From an uncultured Gammaproteobacteria bacterium (lineage in GTDB: Bacteria > Pseudomonadota > Gammaproteobacteria > CAVZZX01): a stretch of 64,000 bases of DNA. Shown piece by piece: positions 26,482-38,752 of this stretch (positions are counted from its first letter, which is position 1; each line of letters starts with the position of its first letter). Under the pieces are notes generated by a model. It had not been told where the DNA came from. It ran no database searches and was given only the letters and a program-made list of their open reading frames with translations. Location of the stretch: assembly GCA_963779865.1 (NCBI GenBank), contig CAVZZX010000003.1, positions 816,957 to 880,956 on the forward strand. The letters are read 5' to 3'. A program made the translations under genes and the position numbers.

Positions 26482-28302
26482 ATGCATCGAATCCAGATTG
26501 GCTTAGCGCGCAGGCGCCTCATCACTTTCTCTGTCCTGGCCTTCTCCGCAATGGTGGCCGGATGCGGATGGGTGGATTCCGGTGTCGGCGGCAATGACCC
26601 ACCCAGCGTGACTGGCGTCCAGGCCGACTATACGGTGGTCGCGGGGACGACCCTGGCCGTCGCCCCGGCGGACGGGGTCCTCAAAGACGTGCAGGACGGC
26701 GGGAATTCGCCCCCCACGGCGCGGCTCACGGCCGGCCCGCAGCACGCCGCCGCCTTTTCGCTGGCATCCGACGGCTCCTTTTCCTATACACACGACGGCG
26801 GGACTGCGGCCAGCGACAGCTTCACCTTCGTAGCCAACGACGGCATTGCGGACTCGGCACCCGCCACTGCGACGATCCGCATCGATCAGCCGCCGGTGGC
26901 CGCCGACGATGCCTTCGATGCCGATGCCGGGCAGAGCCTGCAGGTCGCCGCGAAAGACGGTGTGCTGCGAAACGACACCGACCTCAATACCGACGACACG
27001 CTCACGGCAAAGCTGGAGAACCCGCCGGCGACCGGGCAGGTGCAACTGGCCGCCGATGGAGGCTTCGTCTATACGCCGGAGGCCGGCAAGGCGCAGCGCG
27101 AGAGCTTCACGTATCGGGCCAACGACGGCAATGCCGATTCCGCGCCCGCCACCGTCACCATCCGTATCCGCCCGCAGGCGGCCGACGACAGCGCGCAGAC
27201 CATCAGCGGCCAGCCCACCACCATCTCTGTGCTGGCCAACGACAACGATCCGGATGGTTCACTCGACCCCAAGGGGATCGCCATCGTGCAGGCGCCGGGA
27301 CACGGCCACGCCGTGGCCGCAGACAATGGAACGGTCACCTACACGCCGGCGGCGGGGTTCAGCGGCACGGACCGCTTCGACTACACGGTTACCGACAACG
27401 ACGGGGCCACCTCGAATGCGGCGAGCGTCACGGTGTCCGTGCTCGCCAATCTGCCGCCGCTCGCCGTGGACGACACGGCCAGTGTGCGCATCGGCAGTGC
27501 GGTGAAGATCGACGTGCTGGCCAACGACAGCGATCCGGACGGCAAACTCGCCCCCGCCAGCGTCCGCATTGCCAGCCCTCCCGCCGCCGGCACGACCGTG
27601 GTGGAGAAGGACGGGCAGATCACCTATACGCCTGCGACCGCCGGCACCCTCACCTTCACCTACACGGTCGCCGACAACGCGGGCGCCAGCTCCAATCCGG
27701 CGACGGTGACCGTCACCGTGACGGCCAATGCCCCACCGGTGGCACTGGACGACAGCGCCGTGACGCGCTTCGGCGGACAGGTCACGATCGGCGTGCTGCA
27801 CAACGACTCCGACCCCGACGGCAGTCTCGACAAAGCGAGCGTGAGCCTGGTCAGCAACCCGGTGGCGGGGACGGCGAGCGTCGCCGGCGATGGCAAGATC
27901 ACCTACACGGCCGTGGCTGCCGGGACCTACACCTTCCAATACACGGTGGCCGACAACGACGGTGCCCGCTCAAATGCGGCGACCGTCACCGTCGTGGTCT
28001 CTTCCAACCTCTCGCCGCTGGCAAACGCCGACAGCGCGGAGACGTCGCAGGACACCGCCGTCACCATCGCGGTGCTGGACAACGACAGCGACCCGGACGG
28101 GAAGCTCGACAAGGGCAGCGTGCTCATCGACTCGCCGCCGGACAACGGTGCCGCCACGGTGAAGGGCGACGGCAAGGTCGACTACCAGCCGGTCGCCGGC
28201 TTCGTGGGCAGCGACGCGTTCAGCTACACCGTCGCCGACAACGACGGTGCGCGCTCTGCGCCCGCCGCCGTCAGCATCGTGGTGGCCTCATCGCGAGACT
28301 GA
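26482..28302 (+). CDS. Lipoprotein 5: about six Ig/cadherin-like domains, no catalytic domain
   Basis: VAGC-GWVDSG lipobox; VLANDxDPDG...FxYTVADNDG repeats. Confidence 0.88.
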   Translation: MHRIQIGLARRRLITFSVLAFSAMVAGCGWVDSGVGGNDPPSVTGVQADYTVVAGTTLAVAPADGVLKDVQDGGNSPPTARLTAGPQHAAAFSLASDGSFSYTHDGGTAASDSFTFVANDGIADSAPATATIRIDQPPVAADDAFDADAGQSLQVAAKDGVLRNDTDLNTDDTLTAKLENPPATGQVQLAADGGFVYTPEAGKAQRESFTYRANDGNADSAPATVTIRIRPQAADDSAQTISGQPTTISVLANDNDPDGSLDPKGIAIVQAPGHGHAVAADNGTVTYTPAAGFSGTDRFDYTVTDNDGATSNAASVTVSVLANLPPLAVDDTASVRIGSAVKIDVLANDSDPDGKLAPASVRIASPPAAGTTVVEKDGQITYTPATAGTLTFTYTVADNAGASSNPATVTVTVTANAPPVALDDSAVTRFGGQVTIGVLHNDSDPDGSLDKASVSLVSNPVAGTASVAGDGKITYTAVAAGTYTFQYTVADNDGARSNAATVTVVVSSNLSPLANADSAETSQDTAVTIAVLDNDSDPDGKLDKGSVLIDSPPDNGAATVKGDGKVDYQPVAGFVGSDAFSYTVADNDGARSAPAAVSIVVASSRD

Positions 28303-28340
28303 CGAGAAGCGCGCTGCCAGCATCCCTGCCCTCGCCCCGG

Positions 28341-29843
28341 CTAGAGTTCGCTCGGGCGCAGACGCTTGCGCCGCCGTCGCCTTACGGCCTCGCCGAACGG
28401 CGACGCCTCGAAGGCCGAGCCGCGGCCGCCGAGCCACGCCTCCAGGTCGATCCGCGGCAGGTGCCGCCCCGCACTGGCCAGATACAGGACCACGCCGCCC
28501 AAGGTCGCCAGCGCGGTGAGCGCCAGCGTCCCCCACACGGCCACGCGGATGCCCTCGAGGCTCAGCTCGCCGCCCCCGGATCCGTGCTGAGCCACCTGCA
28601 GCATCACCGGCGAGAGAATGAAGTCCGCCTCCGAGCGCACCAACTCGACGATGGCGAAGGTGCGCCCCACCATCTTCGCGGGCAGCGACATGCCCGCCAT
28701 GAACAGACCGGGCGATACGGTCGCGCCCGCGCCGACGCCGAGCAGCGCACTGGCCACCAGCACGGTGGCATGCCCGCCCTCGCGCGGCAGCATCAGCAAC
28801 AGCGCGCCGCCGGCCATCAACAGGACCATCCCCGATAGCGTCAATATGGGCAGAAACCGGGTGCGAAACAGAACCCCCAGCAGGGCTGCCGCAATCACCA
28901 CGCCGACCACCTGGGGCCAGAAAGCCAATCCCGTGGCCAGGGCGCTGCGGCCGACGACCTCGAGTTGATAGCGCTGCGCCAGTGCGAGGAAGGTGATATA
29001 GGCGCCGCCCCCCACCATGGCGGCCACCGTGCCGATCAGCGGGTGGGCCCGCCACATCGCCTTGACCGGCGAGAGCGGCTCCTGCTTGTGGTACTCGACC
29101 AATAGCAAGGCCGCGAACGCCGTCATCCCCACGGCCAGGGGAATGATGAAGACCCAGGCCGAGAAGTGATGGCCGGCCAGCTCGCCCGTGGCCCAGAACG
29201 GCAGCGCCGTCGCAACGAACGCGAGCACCATGGCCGTCCGGTCGAAGGGCAGGTCCGGATTGGGGGGATCCCGATCGGGTAAGGTGAAGAGCGCGACCAG
29301 CAGAGTCACCGCGCCCACAAGGGCGATACCGCCGTAGAACAGCCGCCACGCCTCCCCGTAGGCGACCGCGCCCCCCACCAGCGGCCCGGCCGTCACCGCG
29401 CCGAAGAACCCGATATTGACGAAGGCGGCCGTGAACGGCATGCGGCCGGGAGGGAACCGCTGTATCACCGGCGGCAATGCCACGATGAGCAATACCCCGG
29501 TGGCGAAGCCGGCCAGCACCCGGCCGGCGCCATAGGTGACCTCGCCCCCCGCGACGGCGCTGAGCAGACAGCCAAGGGCGAACAGGCTCTCGCAGAGGAT
29601 GAACAAAGGCCGTTGCGGAAAACGCTGGGCCAGGTCGCCGCCGAGCAACGCCCCGAATGCGTAGCCCGCGGTAGCCAGCCCGGAGATGACCGCCAAGGCG
29701 GTCGGTGAGGAAGCCAGATCGGCGATGATCTGCGGCCGGTAAAGCCCCGCCGCCGTGGTCAGCACGATGAAAGGCGAGATGGCGAAGATCGCCACCGCGA
29801 GATTGGCTCCATAACTGTCCACCAGCGGGCGCGGGAACTGCAT
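28341..29843 (-). CDS. MFS transporter (DHA2-like, about 14 TM segments)
   Basis: Many hydrophobic segments, GGDLAQRF..R, GRVLAG, GPLVGG motif. Confidence 0.8.
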   Translation of the reverse strand: MQFPRPLVDSYGANLAVAIFAISPFIVLTTAAGLYRPQIIADLASSPTALAVISGLATAGYAFGALLGGDLAQRFPQRPLFILCESLFALGCLLSAVAGGEVTYGAGRVLAGFATGVLLIVALPPVIQRFPPGRMPFTAAFVNIGFFGAVTAGPLVGGAVAYGEAWRLFYGGIALVGAVTLLVALFTLPDRDPPNPDLPFDRTAMVLAFVATALPFWATGELAGHHFSAWVFIIPLAVGMTAFAALLLVEYHKQEPLSPVKAMWRAHPLIGTVAAMVGGGAYITFLALAQRYQLEVVGRSALATGLAFWPQVVGVVIAAALLGVLFRTRFLPILTLSGMVLLMAGGALLLMLPREGGHATVLVASALLGVGAGATVSPGLFMAGMSLPAKMVGRTFAIVELVRSEADFILSPVMLQVAQHGSGGGELSLEGIRVAVWGTLALTALATLGGVVLYLASAGRHLPRIDLEAWLGGRGSAFEASPFGEAVRRRRRKRLRPSEL

Positions 29844-30017
29844 CGCTCACCCCGCTCGAACAGGGCATGCGGGCTGCCCGCGCGAGCGTAGCCGGGACCT
29901 CGCGAATCGACCGGGACGGCCGGAAGCGGTGGTTTGGACGTGTGCGAAACTCGTCATCGCAGCCAGTCTAGACCACCGGCGGCCAGGGCCGCGCTCACCG
30001 CCGGGGAAGTGGGCTTT

Positions 30018-30272
30018 GTTCGCGGTGAGGCTGTCGAAGCGCGGCCCCGGGCCGGGGCTCCGCCATGTTCGCCCTTCGACAAGCTCAGGGCGAACGGCTC
30101 GGTGGGCTCAGGACGAACGGGCTCGGCGATGCAGCACGGCCGGCGGGCGGCGGCAGGCGGCAGGCGGCAGGCGGCAGGCGGCAGGCACGGGAGTATGGAA
30201 CAGGCTCCGTTCGGATCCGAGGCACGCAGGAACGAACGTAGGATCCGTTCATACTGAGCCTGTCGAAGTACG
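30018..30272. repeat. Cluster of REP-like CTTCGACA(A/G)GCTCAG palindromic elements plus (GGCGGCA)x5
   Basis: GTTCGCCCTTCGACAAGCTCAGGGCGAAC at 30067-30095, inverted copies near 30018 and at 30245-30272, heptamer tract at 30149-30183. Confidence 0.7.
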
Positions 30273-30347
30273 GACGGAGCCGGTCGATGGCCTCGGTACG
30301 CCGGCGCTCAGGCGCCGCCAAGGGCACCGAACAAACCAAACGACCTG

Positions 30348-31007
<660 letters not shown>

Positions 31008-31093
31008 AAATCGCTGTCGGCGACCGCCGACTTGGACGGCGAGAATGATACCGCAGCCGGGGGCTGCGGGGAACCCGTTTTGGCGCTGAAAGA

Positions 31094-31450
31094 TCAGCGC
31101 TTGAGGATATCGAGGATCTCTTCCAGCTCCAGGCGGAGCTGATGGATCACCTGCTTGCTGTGGTTGATGTCCTCGCGGGCCTCCGAGTCGGAAAGGCGCT
31201 GGCGGGCGCCGCCGATCGTATAGCCGTCCTCATAGAGAAGGCTGCGGATCTGGCGGATCATGATGACGTCCTGGCGCTGATAGTAACGCCGATTTCCGCG
31301 CCGCTTGACCGGTTTGAGCTGGGGAAACTCCTGCTCCCAGTAGCGCAGCACATGCGGCTTGACGCTGCAGAGCTCGCTCACCTCGCCGATGGTGAAGTAG
31401 CGCTTGCCCGGAATGGGCGGCAGTTCGTTATTGTTGCTTGGTTCCAGCAT
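31094..31450 (-). CDS. MerR family transcriptional regulator (conserved after ihfA)
   Basis: [38 protein letters not shown]. Confidence 0.93.
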   Translation of the reverse strand: MLEPSNNNELPPIPGKRYFTIGEVSELCSVKPHVLRYWEQEFPQLKPVKRRGNRRYYQRQDVIMIRQIRSLLYEDGYTIGGARQRLSDSEAREDINHSKQVIHQLRLELEEILDILKR

Positions 31451-31730
31451 ACGCTTCCACCCGCGCCTTGAGCTTCTGCCCCGGGCGGAACGTCACCACC
31501 CGGCGCGCCGTGATCGGGATTTCTTCCCCCGTCTTCGGATTACGGCCGGGGCGCTGCTTCTTGTCCCGCAGGTCGAAATTGCCGAAGCCGGAGAGCTTCA
31601 CCTGGTTGCCACGCTCGAGGGCTGAGCGGATTTCCTCGAAGAACTGCTCCACCATCTCCTTGGCTTCGCGCTTGTTCAGGCCGAGCTCTTCGAACAGCCG
31701 CTCCGCCATATCCGCCTTGGTCAGTGCCAT
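31428..31730 (-). CDS. ihfA: Integration host factor alpha subunit
   Basis: [32 protein letters not shown]. Confidence 0.97.
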   Translation of the reverse strand: MALTKADMAERLFEELGLNKREAKEMVEQFFEEIRSALERGNQVKLSGFGNFDLRDKKQRPGRNPKTGEEIPITARRVVTFRPGQKLKARVEAYAGTKQQ

Positions 31731-31738
31731 CTCCAGCC

Positions 31739-34114
31739 CTATTCTCTCAGTGATGCACCCAGCTCGCTGCGCAGGGTCTCGACCAGGCGGTGCATGAGTC
31801 CGTCCACCTCGTCATCGGTAAGAGTGCGCGAAAGATGCTGTAGGGTCAAGCCTATAGCGAAACTTTTTCTCCCAGAATCAATGCCTTTTCCGCGATAGAC
31901 GTCAAACAACTCGAACTCGCGAAGGAGTTCCGGGACGCTTGCCCGCACACACTGCGCCACGGCACGGGCGGACACGGGTTCATCGACCACGATGGCGAGG
32001 TCGCGGCGGATGGCAGGAAATCTGGAAAGGGGCTCGAAGCGGGGGATCGCGGCCTCCCCGAGCGCCTGCAGATCGAGTTCGAAGAGCAGCGCCGCGCGCG
32101 GCAGGTCGAGCTCGTCTTTCAGCGAGGGATGCAGGCTCCCCAGCCAGCCCACCGGCCGCTGTCCTCGATAAATCCGGGCGGACTGGCCCGGGTGCAGCGC
32201 CGTATGTTGTTCTGGCTCAAAGATAAAGTCCCCGGGGCGCGCCGTCAACGCGAGCAGCGCTTCCACATCGCCCTTCAGGTCGTAGAAGTCCGCGGGGTGC
32301 GCCCCCAGGGCCCACTGTTCCGGCTGGACCTCGCCGAAAACAACACCCGCCAGCATTTTTTTCTGCTCGATTTCCTCGCCTTGCGGGACAAACCTCAAGC
32401 CATACTCGAACAGGCGCACCCGGCCCTGCTGGCGATTGACGTTGCGTATCAAGGCCTGCAGCAGGCTCGGCCACAGGCTGGTGCGCATCACCGCCAGCTC
32501 GGCGGAGATGGGATTCTCCAGGGGGATCGGGGGGGTGTGGGGGTCTGTAAGCCGCTGCAGCGCCGGCGACACGAAGCTGTAGGTGATGGCCTCGCGATAG
32601 CCCCGGTCCACCAGCAGCCGGCGCATCCGGCGCAGGCCCAGCTCCGCCTCCGGCCGCGGCGCGGGCACCAGTGCCGCGCTGGGGCGGGTGACCGGGAGGC
32701 GGTCGTACCCGTGGATGCGCGCCAGCTCCTCGATCAGGTCCTCCTCGACGTTGATGTCGAAGCGGAATGCAGGCGGCTGGATGAGCCAACCCTCCTCGCT
32801 CGCGCGCGGCGCCATGCCGAGGCGCTGCAGGATGTCTTCGACCTCGCTGTCCGCGAGCCTCACGCCCAGGACCCGCGCGATGCGCGCCCGCCGCAGCGCC
32901 AGCGGCGTGCGCACCGGCAGCGCGTCGCCCCGCTCGACCTCGATCACCGGCCCGGCCCGCCCACCGCAGATCTCCAGCAGCAGTGCGGTGGCCCGCTCGA
33001 TGGCGAGGCGCTGCAGCTCGGGCGAGACGCCGCGTTCGAAACGGTGCGAGGAATCGGTGTGCAGCCCGTAAGAGCGCGCCCGGCCGGCGATGGCCACGGG
33101 ATCGAAATAGGCGCTTTCCAGGAAGATGCGCTGCGTGCCGGCATTCACCGCGGTCGCCGCGCCGCCCATGATGCCGGCCAGGGCGACCGGTCCGGAGCCG
33201 TCGGCAATGAGCAGGCTGCCCGGCTCGAGCTCCACGCGCTGGCCATCGAGCAGCTCAATGGCCTCGCCCGCCTCGGCGCGGCGCACGAGGATCCCGTCCT
33301 GCAGCCGATCCAGATCGAAGGCGTGCATCGGCTGGCCCAGCTCGAGCATCACATAGTTGGTGACGTCGACGACCGGCCCGAGGCTGCGCACGCCGCTGCG
33401 CCGCAGGCGTTCGCGCATCCACAGCGGCGTGGCCGCCGCGGCGTCGACACCCTCGATGACGCGCCCCGCATAGCGCGGGCAATCGCCCTCCGCGGCGAGG
33501 GTAACCGCAAAACGGGCCTCGCTGTGCGCGGGCACCGGCTCCATGGCCGGGCCGGTCACCGGCGCGCGGTTCAGCACGCCGATCTCCCGGGCGATCCCGC
33601 GCAGGCTGAGGCAATCGCCGCGATTGGGCGTCAGGTCGACTTCAATGCTCACGTCATCGAGCTGCAGGTAGTCGGCCAGCGCACTGCCGGGCGGCGCATC
33701 GGGCGGCAGCGCCATCAGACCGCTCGCGTCCTCGGCCAGGCCCAGCTCACGGGCCGAGCACAGCATCCCCGCCGAGGCGACACCGCGCAGCTTCGCCTTC
33801 TTGATGGCCAGTCCGCCGGGCAGCTTGGCCCCCACCACCGCGGTGGGCGCCTTCATTCCGGCCTGCACATTGGGCGCCCCGCAGACGATCTGCAGGGTGT
33901 CGTCCCCGATGGCCACCTGACACACGCGCAGCTTGTCCGCATCGGGATGGGCGCTGACCTCGAGCACCTCACCGACGAGCACGCCCTCGAAGGCGCCCGC
34001 CACCGGCTCGAGTGCATCGACCTCCAGACCGGCCATCGTGAGCTGCTCGGCGAGCTCCTGCGCACCGACGGGGGGATTGACCCACTCACGCAACCACTTA
34101 TCGCTGAATCTCAT
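31739..34114 (-). CDS. pheT: Phenylalanine-tRNA ligase beta subunit
   Basis: [36 protein letters not shown]. Confidence 0.97.
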   Translation of the reverse strand: MRFSDKWLREWVNPPVGAQELAEQLTMAGLEVDALEPVAGAFEGVLVGEVLEVSAHPDADKLRVCQVAIGDDTLQIVCGAPNVQAGMKAPTAVVGAKLPGGLAIKKAKLRGVASAGMLCSARELGLAEDASGLMALPPDAPPGSALADYLQLDDVSIEVDLTPNRGDCLSLRGIAREIGVLNRAPVTGPAMEPVPAHSEARFAVTLAAEGDCPRYAGRVIEGVDAAAATPLWMRERLRRSGVRSLGPVVDVTNYVMLELGQPMHAFDLDRLQDGILVRRAEAGEAIELLDGQRVELEPGSLLIADGSGPVALAGIMGGAATAVNAGTQRIFLESAYFDPVAIAGRARSYGLHTDSSHRFERGVSPELQRLAIERATALLLEICGGRAGPVIEVERGDALPVRTPLALRRARIARVLGVRLADSEVEDILQRLGMAPRASEEGWLIQPPAFRFDINVEEDLIEELARIHGYDRLPVTRPSAALVPAPRPEAELGLRRMRRLLVDRGYREAITYSFVSPALQRLTDPHTPPIPLENPISAELAVMRTSLWPSLLQALIRNVNRQQGRVRLFEYGLRFVPQGEEIEQKKMLAGVVFGEVQPEQWALGAHPADFYDLKGDVEALLALTARPGDFIFEPEQHTALHPGQSARIYRGQRPVGWLGSLHPSLKDELDLPRAALLFELDLQALGEAAIPRFEPLSRFPAIRRDLAIVVDEPVSARAVAQCVRASVPELLREFELFDVYRGKGIDSGRKSFAIGLTLQHLSRTLTDDEVDGLMHRLVETLRSELGASLRE

Positions 34115-34176
34115 TGTTTCGTCTCATCGCTGGGAACAGCGGCCGTGTCCGCGGCCGCTGCGCACCGCCGGGAGGT

Positions 34177-35199
<1,023 letters not shown>

Positions 35200-35228
35200 C
35201 TACTCCGGATCGGCTGTGGGCCCGCAAA

Positions 35229-35263
35229 GCAAAAAGGGGAAGGCAGTGGCCTTCCCCTTTTGC
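35229..35263 (-). terminator. Intrinsic terminator/attenuator hairpin between rplT and pheS
   Basis: AAAAGGGGAAGGC-AGTG-GCCTTCCCCTTTT with a T run on the minus strand. Confidence 0.75.
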
Positions 35264-35309
35264 GATTACGTGCGGGCGCAAGTGACTTGCGGTGGGCGTA
35301 CGGTTCGCG

Positions 35310-35669
35310 TCAGTCCGAGAGGTTGGCCTTGGCCTGCTCCGCGAGGGCTGCGAATCCGGTCGCATCGTACACCGCAATGTCGGCGAGCACCTTGCGGTCG
35401 ACCTCGATACCGGCCTTCTTCAGCCCGCAGATAAAGCGGCTGTACGACAGACCGCACTCGCGGGCCGCCGCATTGATGCGGGCCACCCACAACGCCCGGA
35501 ACTGGCGCTTGCGTTGACGCCGGTCGCGATAGGCATACTGCTCGGCCTTGATGACCGCCTGCTTGGCGACACGGAAGACGTTCTTGCGCCGGCCGGAATA
35601 ACCCTTGGCCTGCTTGATGATCTTCTTGTGGCGCGCATGGGCGGTAACGCCGCGTTTGACTCGTGGCAT
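35310..35669 (-). CDS. rplT: 50S ribosomal protein L20
   Basis: [37 protein letters not shown]. Confidence 0.98.
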   Translation of the reverse strand: MPRVKRGVTAHARHKKIIKQAKGYSGRRKNVFRVAKQAVIKAEQYAYRDRRQRKRQFRALWVARINAAARECGLSYSRFICGLKKAGIEVDRKVLADIAVYDATGFAALAEQAKANLSD

Positions 35670-35690
35670 GTCGCTTTACCTCCCCGTCCG

Positions 35691-35885
35691 TCAGCTGTAG
35701 GGCAACATGCGGCGCACCGCAGCAACATCGGCCTCGTTGACCATTTCCATGTTGCGCAGGTGACGCTTCCGCTTGGTGCTCTTCTTCGTCAGGATGTGGT
35801 TGAGGTGCGACTGGGCGCGCTTGAAGCCACCCGCCTTGCGCGTAAAGCGCTTGGCCGCGCCGCGATTGGATTTCATCTTCGGCAT
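35691..35885 (-). CDS. rpmI: 50S ribosomal protein L35
   Basis: [33 protein letters not shown]. Confidence 0.97.
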   Translation of the reverse strand: MPKMKSNRGAAKRFTRKAGGFKRAQSHLNHILTKKSTKRKRHLRNMEMVNEADVAAVRRMLPYS

Positions 35886-35972
35886 TTCACTACTCCGCAT
35901 TTATGGATATATGGGAATGCGCGTTTTCGACTGGCCGCCTGGATGCCGAATCCGGCGGGCAGTAGCGCATCG

Positions 35973-36515
35973 CTACTTTTTCGGGGCAATGACCATGATC
36001 ATCTGCCGCCCTTCCATGCGCGGAAACTGCTCCACCGTGCCGAGTTCGGCGAGATCTTCCTCGACCCGCTTGAGCAGGTCGCGTCCGATCTCCTGGTGGG
36101 CCATTTCCCGCCCGCGGAAGCGCAGCGTCACCTTGGCCTTGTCCCCGCCTTCCAGGAAACGCACCAGGTTGCGTAGTTTGACCTGGTAGTCTCCTTCTTC
36201 CGTCCCGGGACGGAATTTCACTTCCTTGATCTGAATCTGCTTCTGCTTCTTGCGCGCCGCCTGCTTCTTCTTGCTTTCCTCGAACACGAATTTGCCGTAG
36301 TCCATGATACGGCACACGGGCGGCTCGGACTGCGGCGCGACCTCGACAAGGTCGAGCTCACGCTCCTCAGCGACCTGCAGGGCCTCTTCGATCGGCAGGA
36401 TGCCGAGCTGGCTCCCGTCGCTATCGATGACGCGCACCTGGGGTACGGTGATGTCCTGATTGGTCCGGGGCCCCTGCTTTACCGGCTGAGGGGGGGGTCT
36501 GCGTCTTACAGCGAT
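35973..36515 (-). CDS. infC: Translation initiation factor IF-3 (non-canonical ATC start)
   Basis: [33 protein letters not shown]. The frame extends to ATC at 36515, 8 nt after GGAGG. Confidence 0.95.
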   Translation of the reverse strand: MAVRRRPPPQPVKQGPRTNQDITVPQVRVIDSDGSQLGILPIEEALQVAEERELDLVEVAPQSEPPVCRIMDYGKFVFEESKKKQAARKKQKQIQIKEVKFRPGTEEGDYQVKLRNLVRFLEGGDKAKVTLRFRGREMAHQEIGRDLLKRVEEDLAELGTVEQFPRMEGRQMIMVIAPKK

Positions 36516-36518
36516 GCT

Positions 36519-38445
36519 CTAATCCTCCAAAGAATGACGACCGCGGCCCGCGATCTCCGCAGCGAGCCGCTCGGCGAAGGCGTCGACGCCCATCGTCCCG
36601 AGATCCTCGCCGCCACGCGTGCGCACGGCCACTGACCCGTTTTCCACTTCGCGGTCGCCCACCACCAGCAGGTAGGGGGTCCGCTGCAGGGTATGTTCGC
36701 GGATTTTAAAGCCGATCTTCTCGTTTCTCAAGTCGGCGAGCACCGCGAGGCCGCGCGCGCGCAGTCGTTGCTCGATCTCGCGGGCATAATCGGCCTGCCG
36801 ATCGGTAATGTTGAGCACCGCCGCCTGCACCGGGGCCAGCCAGGCCGGCAGCGCCCCCGCGTAGTGCTCGATGAGAATGCCGATGAAGCGCTCCATGGAG
36901 CCGAGAATGGCCCGGTGGAGCATGACCGGCACCTGCTTGTCGCCGTGCTCGTCGATGTAATAGGCCCCGAGGCGGCCGGGCATGGAGAAATCGACCTGAA
37001 TGGTGCCGCAGCTGCCAGACCCGTCCCAGGCAGTCCTTGAGCGAGAACTCGATCTTCGGCCCGTAGAAGGCGCCCTCCCCGGGCTGCAGGTCCCATTCCA
37101 GGCCCTTCGCGTTGAGGGCCTGCTCCAGGGCGTGCTCGGCCTTGTCCCAGACCTCGTCGGCCCCCACCCGCTGCTCGGGGCGCGTCGAGAGCTTGACGAT
37201 CACGTGCCCGAAGCCGAAGTCGGCATAGACGCGGAACAGCAGGTCGATGAAGTCCGAGACCTCGGCCTGGATCTGGTCCTCGGTGCAGAAGATATGGGCG
37301 TCGTCCTGGGTAAACGCCCGCACCCGCATCAGCCCGTGCAGCGTGCCCGAGGGCTCGTTGCGGTGGCAGGAGCCGAATTCGGCCATGCGCAGCGGCAGGT
37401 CGCGGTAGCTCTTCAGGCCCTGGTTGAAGATCTGCACGTGGCACGGGCAGTTCATGGGCTTGATGGCGTACTCGCGGTTCTCCGAGGCGGTGGTGAACAT
37501 GTCGTCGCCGAACTTGTCCCAGTGCCCCGACTTCTCCCACAGGCTGCGATCCACCACCTGCGGGGTGCGCACCTCCTGGTAGCCGTGCTCGCGCAGGGTG
37601 CTGCGGACGTACTGCTCGATGCGCTGATAGATGCTCCAGCCCTTGTCGTGCCAGAACACCATGCCCGGCGCCTCTTCCTGGGTGTGGAACAGGTCCAGCT
37701 GCTGGCCGATGCGGCGGTGGTCGCGCTTCTCCGCCTCTTCCAGGCGGTGCAGGTAGTCCTTGAGCTCGTTCTTGTTGCGCCAGGCGGTGCCGTAGACGCG
37801 CTGCAGCATCTCGTTGTTCGAGTCGCCACGCCAGTAGGCGCCGGCCAGCCTCATCAGCTTGAAGGCCTTGAGCTTGCCGGTGCTCGGCACGTGCGGGCCG
37901 CGGCACAGGTCGATGAAATCGCCCTGTTTGTAGAGCGAAATATCCTCGCCCTTGGGGATGTCCTCGATGATCTGCGCCTTGTACTCCTCACCCATGTCGC
38001 GGAAGAACTCGACGGCCTGGTCGCGCGGCATCACGGTGCGCTCGACCTTGAAATCGGCCTTGGCCAGCTCCTGCATCTTGGTCTCGATGCGTGCCAGGTC
38101 CTCGGGCGAGAAGTGCTTATCGTAGGCGAAATCGTAGTAGAAACCGTTCTCGATCACCGGACCGATGGTGACCTGCGCCTCGGGGAACAGCTCCTTGACC
38201 GCCTGCGCCAGCAGGTGGGCGGTCGAATGGCGGATGACGTCAAGCCCCTCCTCGTCGCGATCGGTGACGATGGCCACCTGGGCGTCGTCCTCGATGCGGT
38301 GCGAGGTATCCACCAGGCGCTCGCCGACCTTGCCGGCGAGCGCCGCCTTGGCGAGCCCGGGGCCGATGGATTCGGCGACTTCCTGGATGCTCACGGCGTG
38401 ATCGAAGCGGCGCTCGGAACCGTCGGGAAGGGTGATGACCGGCAT
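36519..38445 (-). CDS. thrS: Threonine-tRNA ligase with an apparent 1-nt frameshift near 37011
   Basis: [37 protein letters not shown]; continues in another frame as [23 protein letters not shown]. Confidence 0.95.
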
Positions 38446-38460
38446 GCTGGGGGGTCCCGC

Positions 38461-38492
38461 CTTTCAGTGGTGGTCTATACGAGGGACCACGT
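38461..38492 (-). promoter_or_regulatory. thrS translational operator (tRNA-Thr anticodon mimic)
   Basis: Minus strand GUGGUC-C-CUCGUAU-A-GACCAC-CACUG just upstream of the RBS; CGU is a Thr anticodon. Confidence 0.7.
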
Positions 38493-38674
38493 GAACAAAG
38501 CCCACCGCAAAACGACAGACGCGACCACGGCCGCATCGTTTGCGGAGGATGTGTTTCCTCTAAGAGTTCCGGCGGCGCCTGGCCGGCGTGCGGCCGACCA
38601 CCGGTCGGAGAGAAGCCCTTCTCCAGAGGCCGTCCGCCGCGCACCGGGCGCCGACGGACCTGCTGCAACCGCCG

Positions 38675-38703
38675 ATGATATAGGGTTTCACGGGTGCGGT
38701 CAA
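38675..38703 (-). promoter_or_regulatory. Sigma70 promoter for thrS
   Basis: TTGACC-N17-TATCAT on the minus strand. Confidence 0.65.
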
Positions 38704-38752
38704 AGCACCGCCCGCGTTGCGCGCCTCGCCCCAGGGGCCCCGCCGGAGGCCC

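Noticed and set aside
30192..30219. Sixth copy of the CCATACT promoter on the minus strand
   Set aside because: AGTATGG is present but there is no TTG box at the 16-nt spacing.
36490..36497. G8 tract in infC as a phase-variation switch
   Set aside because: It is in frame (Pro-Pro-Pro) in an essential gene.
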